DNA from: Octopus bimaculoides
Taxonomy: Eukaryota
Assembly (NCBI RefSeq): GCF_001194135.2
Contig: NC_068993.1
Span: forward strand, 26,096,022-26,160,021
Reading direction: 5' to 3'
Length of the DNA stretch: 64,000 nucleotides
A program made the position numbers and the translations under genes. Shown here in pieces: positions 63,248 to 64,000 of this stretch. The notes under the pieces were generated by a model. It had not been told where the DNA came from. It searched no databases and saw nothing but the letters and a program-made list of their open reading frames with translations. Position 1 is the first letter of the stretch; every line of letters begins with the position of its first letter.

Positions 63248-64000
63248 CTTTCCATGCTAGCATGGGTTGGACGATTTGATTGAGGACTGGCGAACCATAT
63301 GGTAGAGTTTCTACAGCTGGATGCCCTTCCTAACGCCAACCACTCTGAGAGTGTAGTGGGTGCTTTTATGTACCACCAGCACGAAGGCCAGTCAGGAGGT
63401 ACTGGCAACGGCCACACTCGAACTGGTGTATTTTACGTACCACCTGCACGGAAGCCAGTCCAGCGACACTGGCAACGACCTTGCTCAAATGTCTTTTCTC
63501 GTGCCACCGGCACAAGTGCCAGAGAGGTGACGCTGGTAAAGATTACGCTCAAATGGTGCTATTTACGTGCAACTGACGCAGAAGCCAGACAGCTGCTTTG
63601 GCAACGATGACGCATGGATGGTGCTCTTAGCGCACCATTGGTACAGGTGCGATCACGCTTTCACTTGCCCCAACATGTCTTCGCAAGCCAAGTTTAGTGT
63701 CCAATGAAGGAGATGTTGGTATGGGTGCCAGTCGTAGAATTTAGTTCAATTTCGATTTCACTTGCCTCAACAGGTCTTCGCAAGCAGAGTTTAGTGTCCA
63801 ATGAAGGAAAGGTATGCATAAGTGGGCTGCGTACACCCCTGGCAGAGGCCTTGGGTTATGGACTCACTTGGCTTACCGAGTCTTCTCAAGCACAGCATAT
63901 TTCCAAAGGTCTCGGTCACGAGTCATTGCCTCGGTGAGGCCTAATGTTCTAAGGTCATGTTTCACCACCTCCCAGGTCATCCTGGGTCTACCTCTTCCAC
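63248..64000 (-). mobile_element. RTE LINE 3' tail, UTR and ORF end (runs off the window)
   Basis: Tail ctttccatgctagcatgggttggacg, UTR repeats and ORF end. 63750-64000 appears identical to 62129-62379. Confidence 0.92.

Overview
Eukaryotic, AT-rich, repeat-dense genomic DNA with many N gaps, several next to (TA)n runs. The SINE, RTE-LINE and microsatellite content looks like an octopus/cephalopod genome; this is inferred from repeat recognition, not from a search. Most of the window reads as intronic sequence of a minus-strand gene. A first exon is supported at 56661-56733 (GAAATGGCGG start context, GTGAGT donor, locally CpG-retaining). Four further small exons with canonical splice sites (35184-35220, 25559-25658, 19389-19421, 133-199) splice to it in frame, but the protein could not be identified. 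The rest is mostly transposon debris: a TTAA-bounded internally deleted piggyBac inserted in a SINE plus its ~220-bp MITE, a near full-length mariner nested in a DD37D (maT) transposase, several RTE LINE copies with a PHD finger inside the reverse transcriptase, three RLE-type retrotransposon remnants, many tRNA-derived SINEs (inverted pairs and a 7-copy array) and a 5S rRNA pseudogene. There are also palindromes, minisatellites and kilobase purine and pyrimidine tracts. Most ORFs in the supplied track are microsatellite or gap artefacts. Coordinates were counted by eye; TE boundaries are approximate unless TIRs or TSDs are cited.
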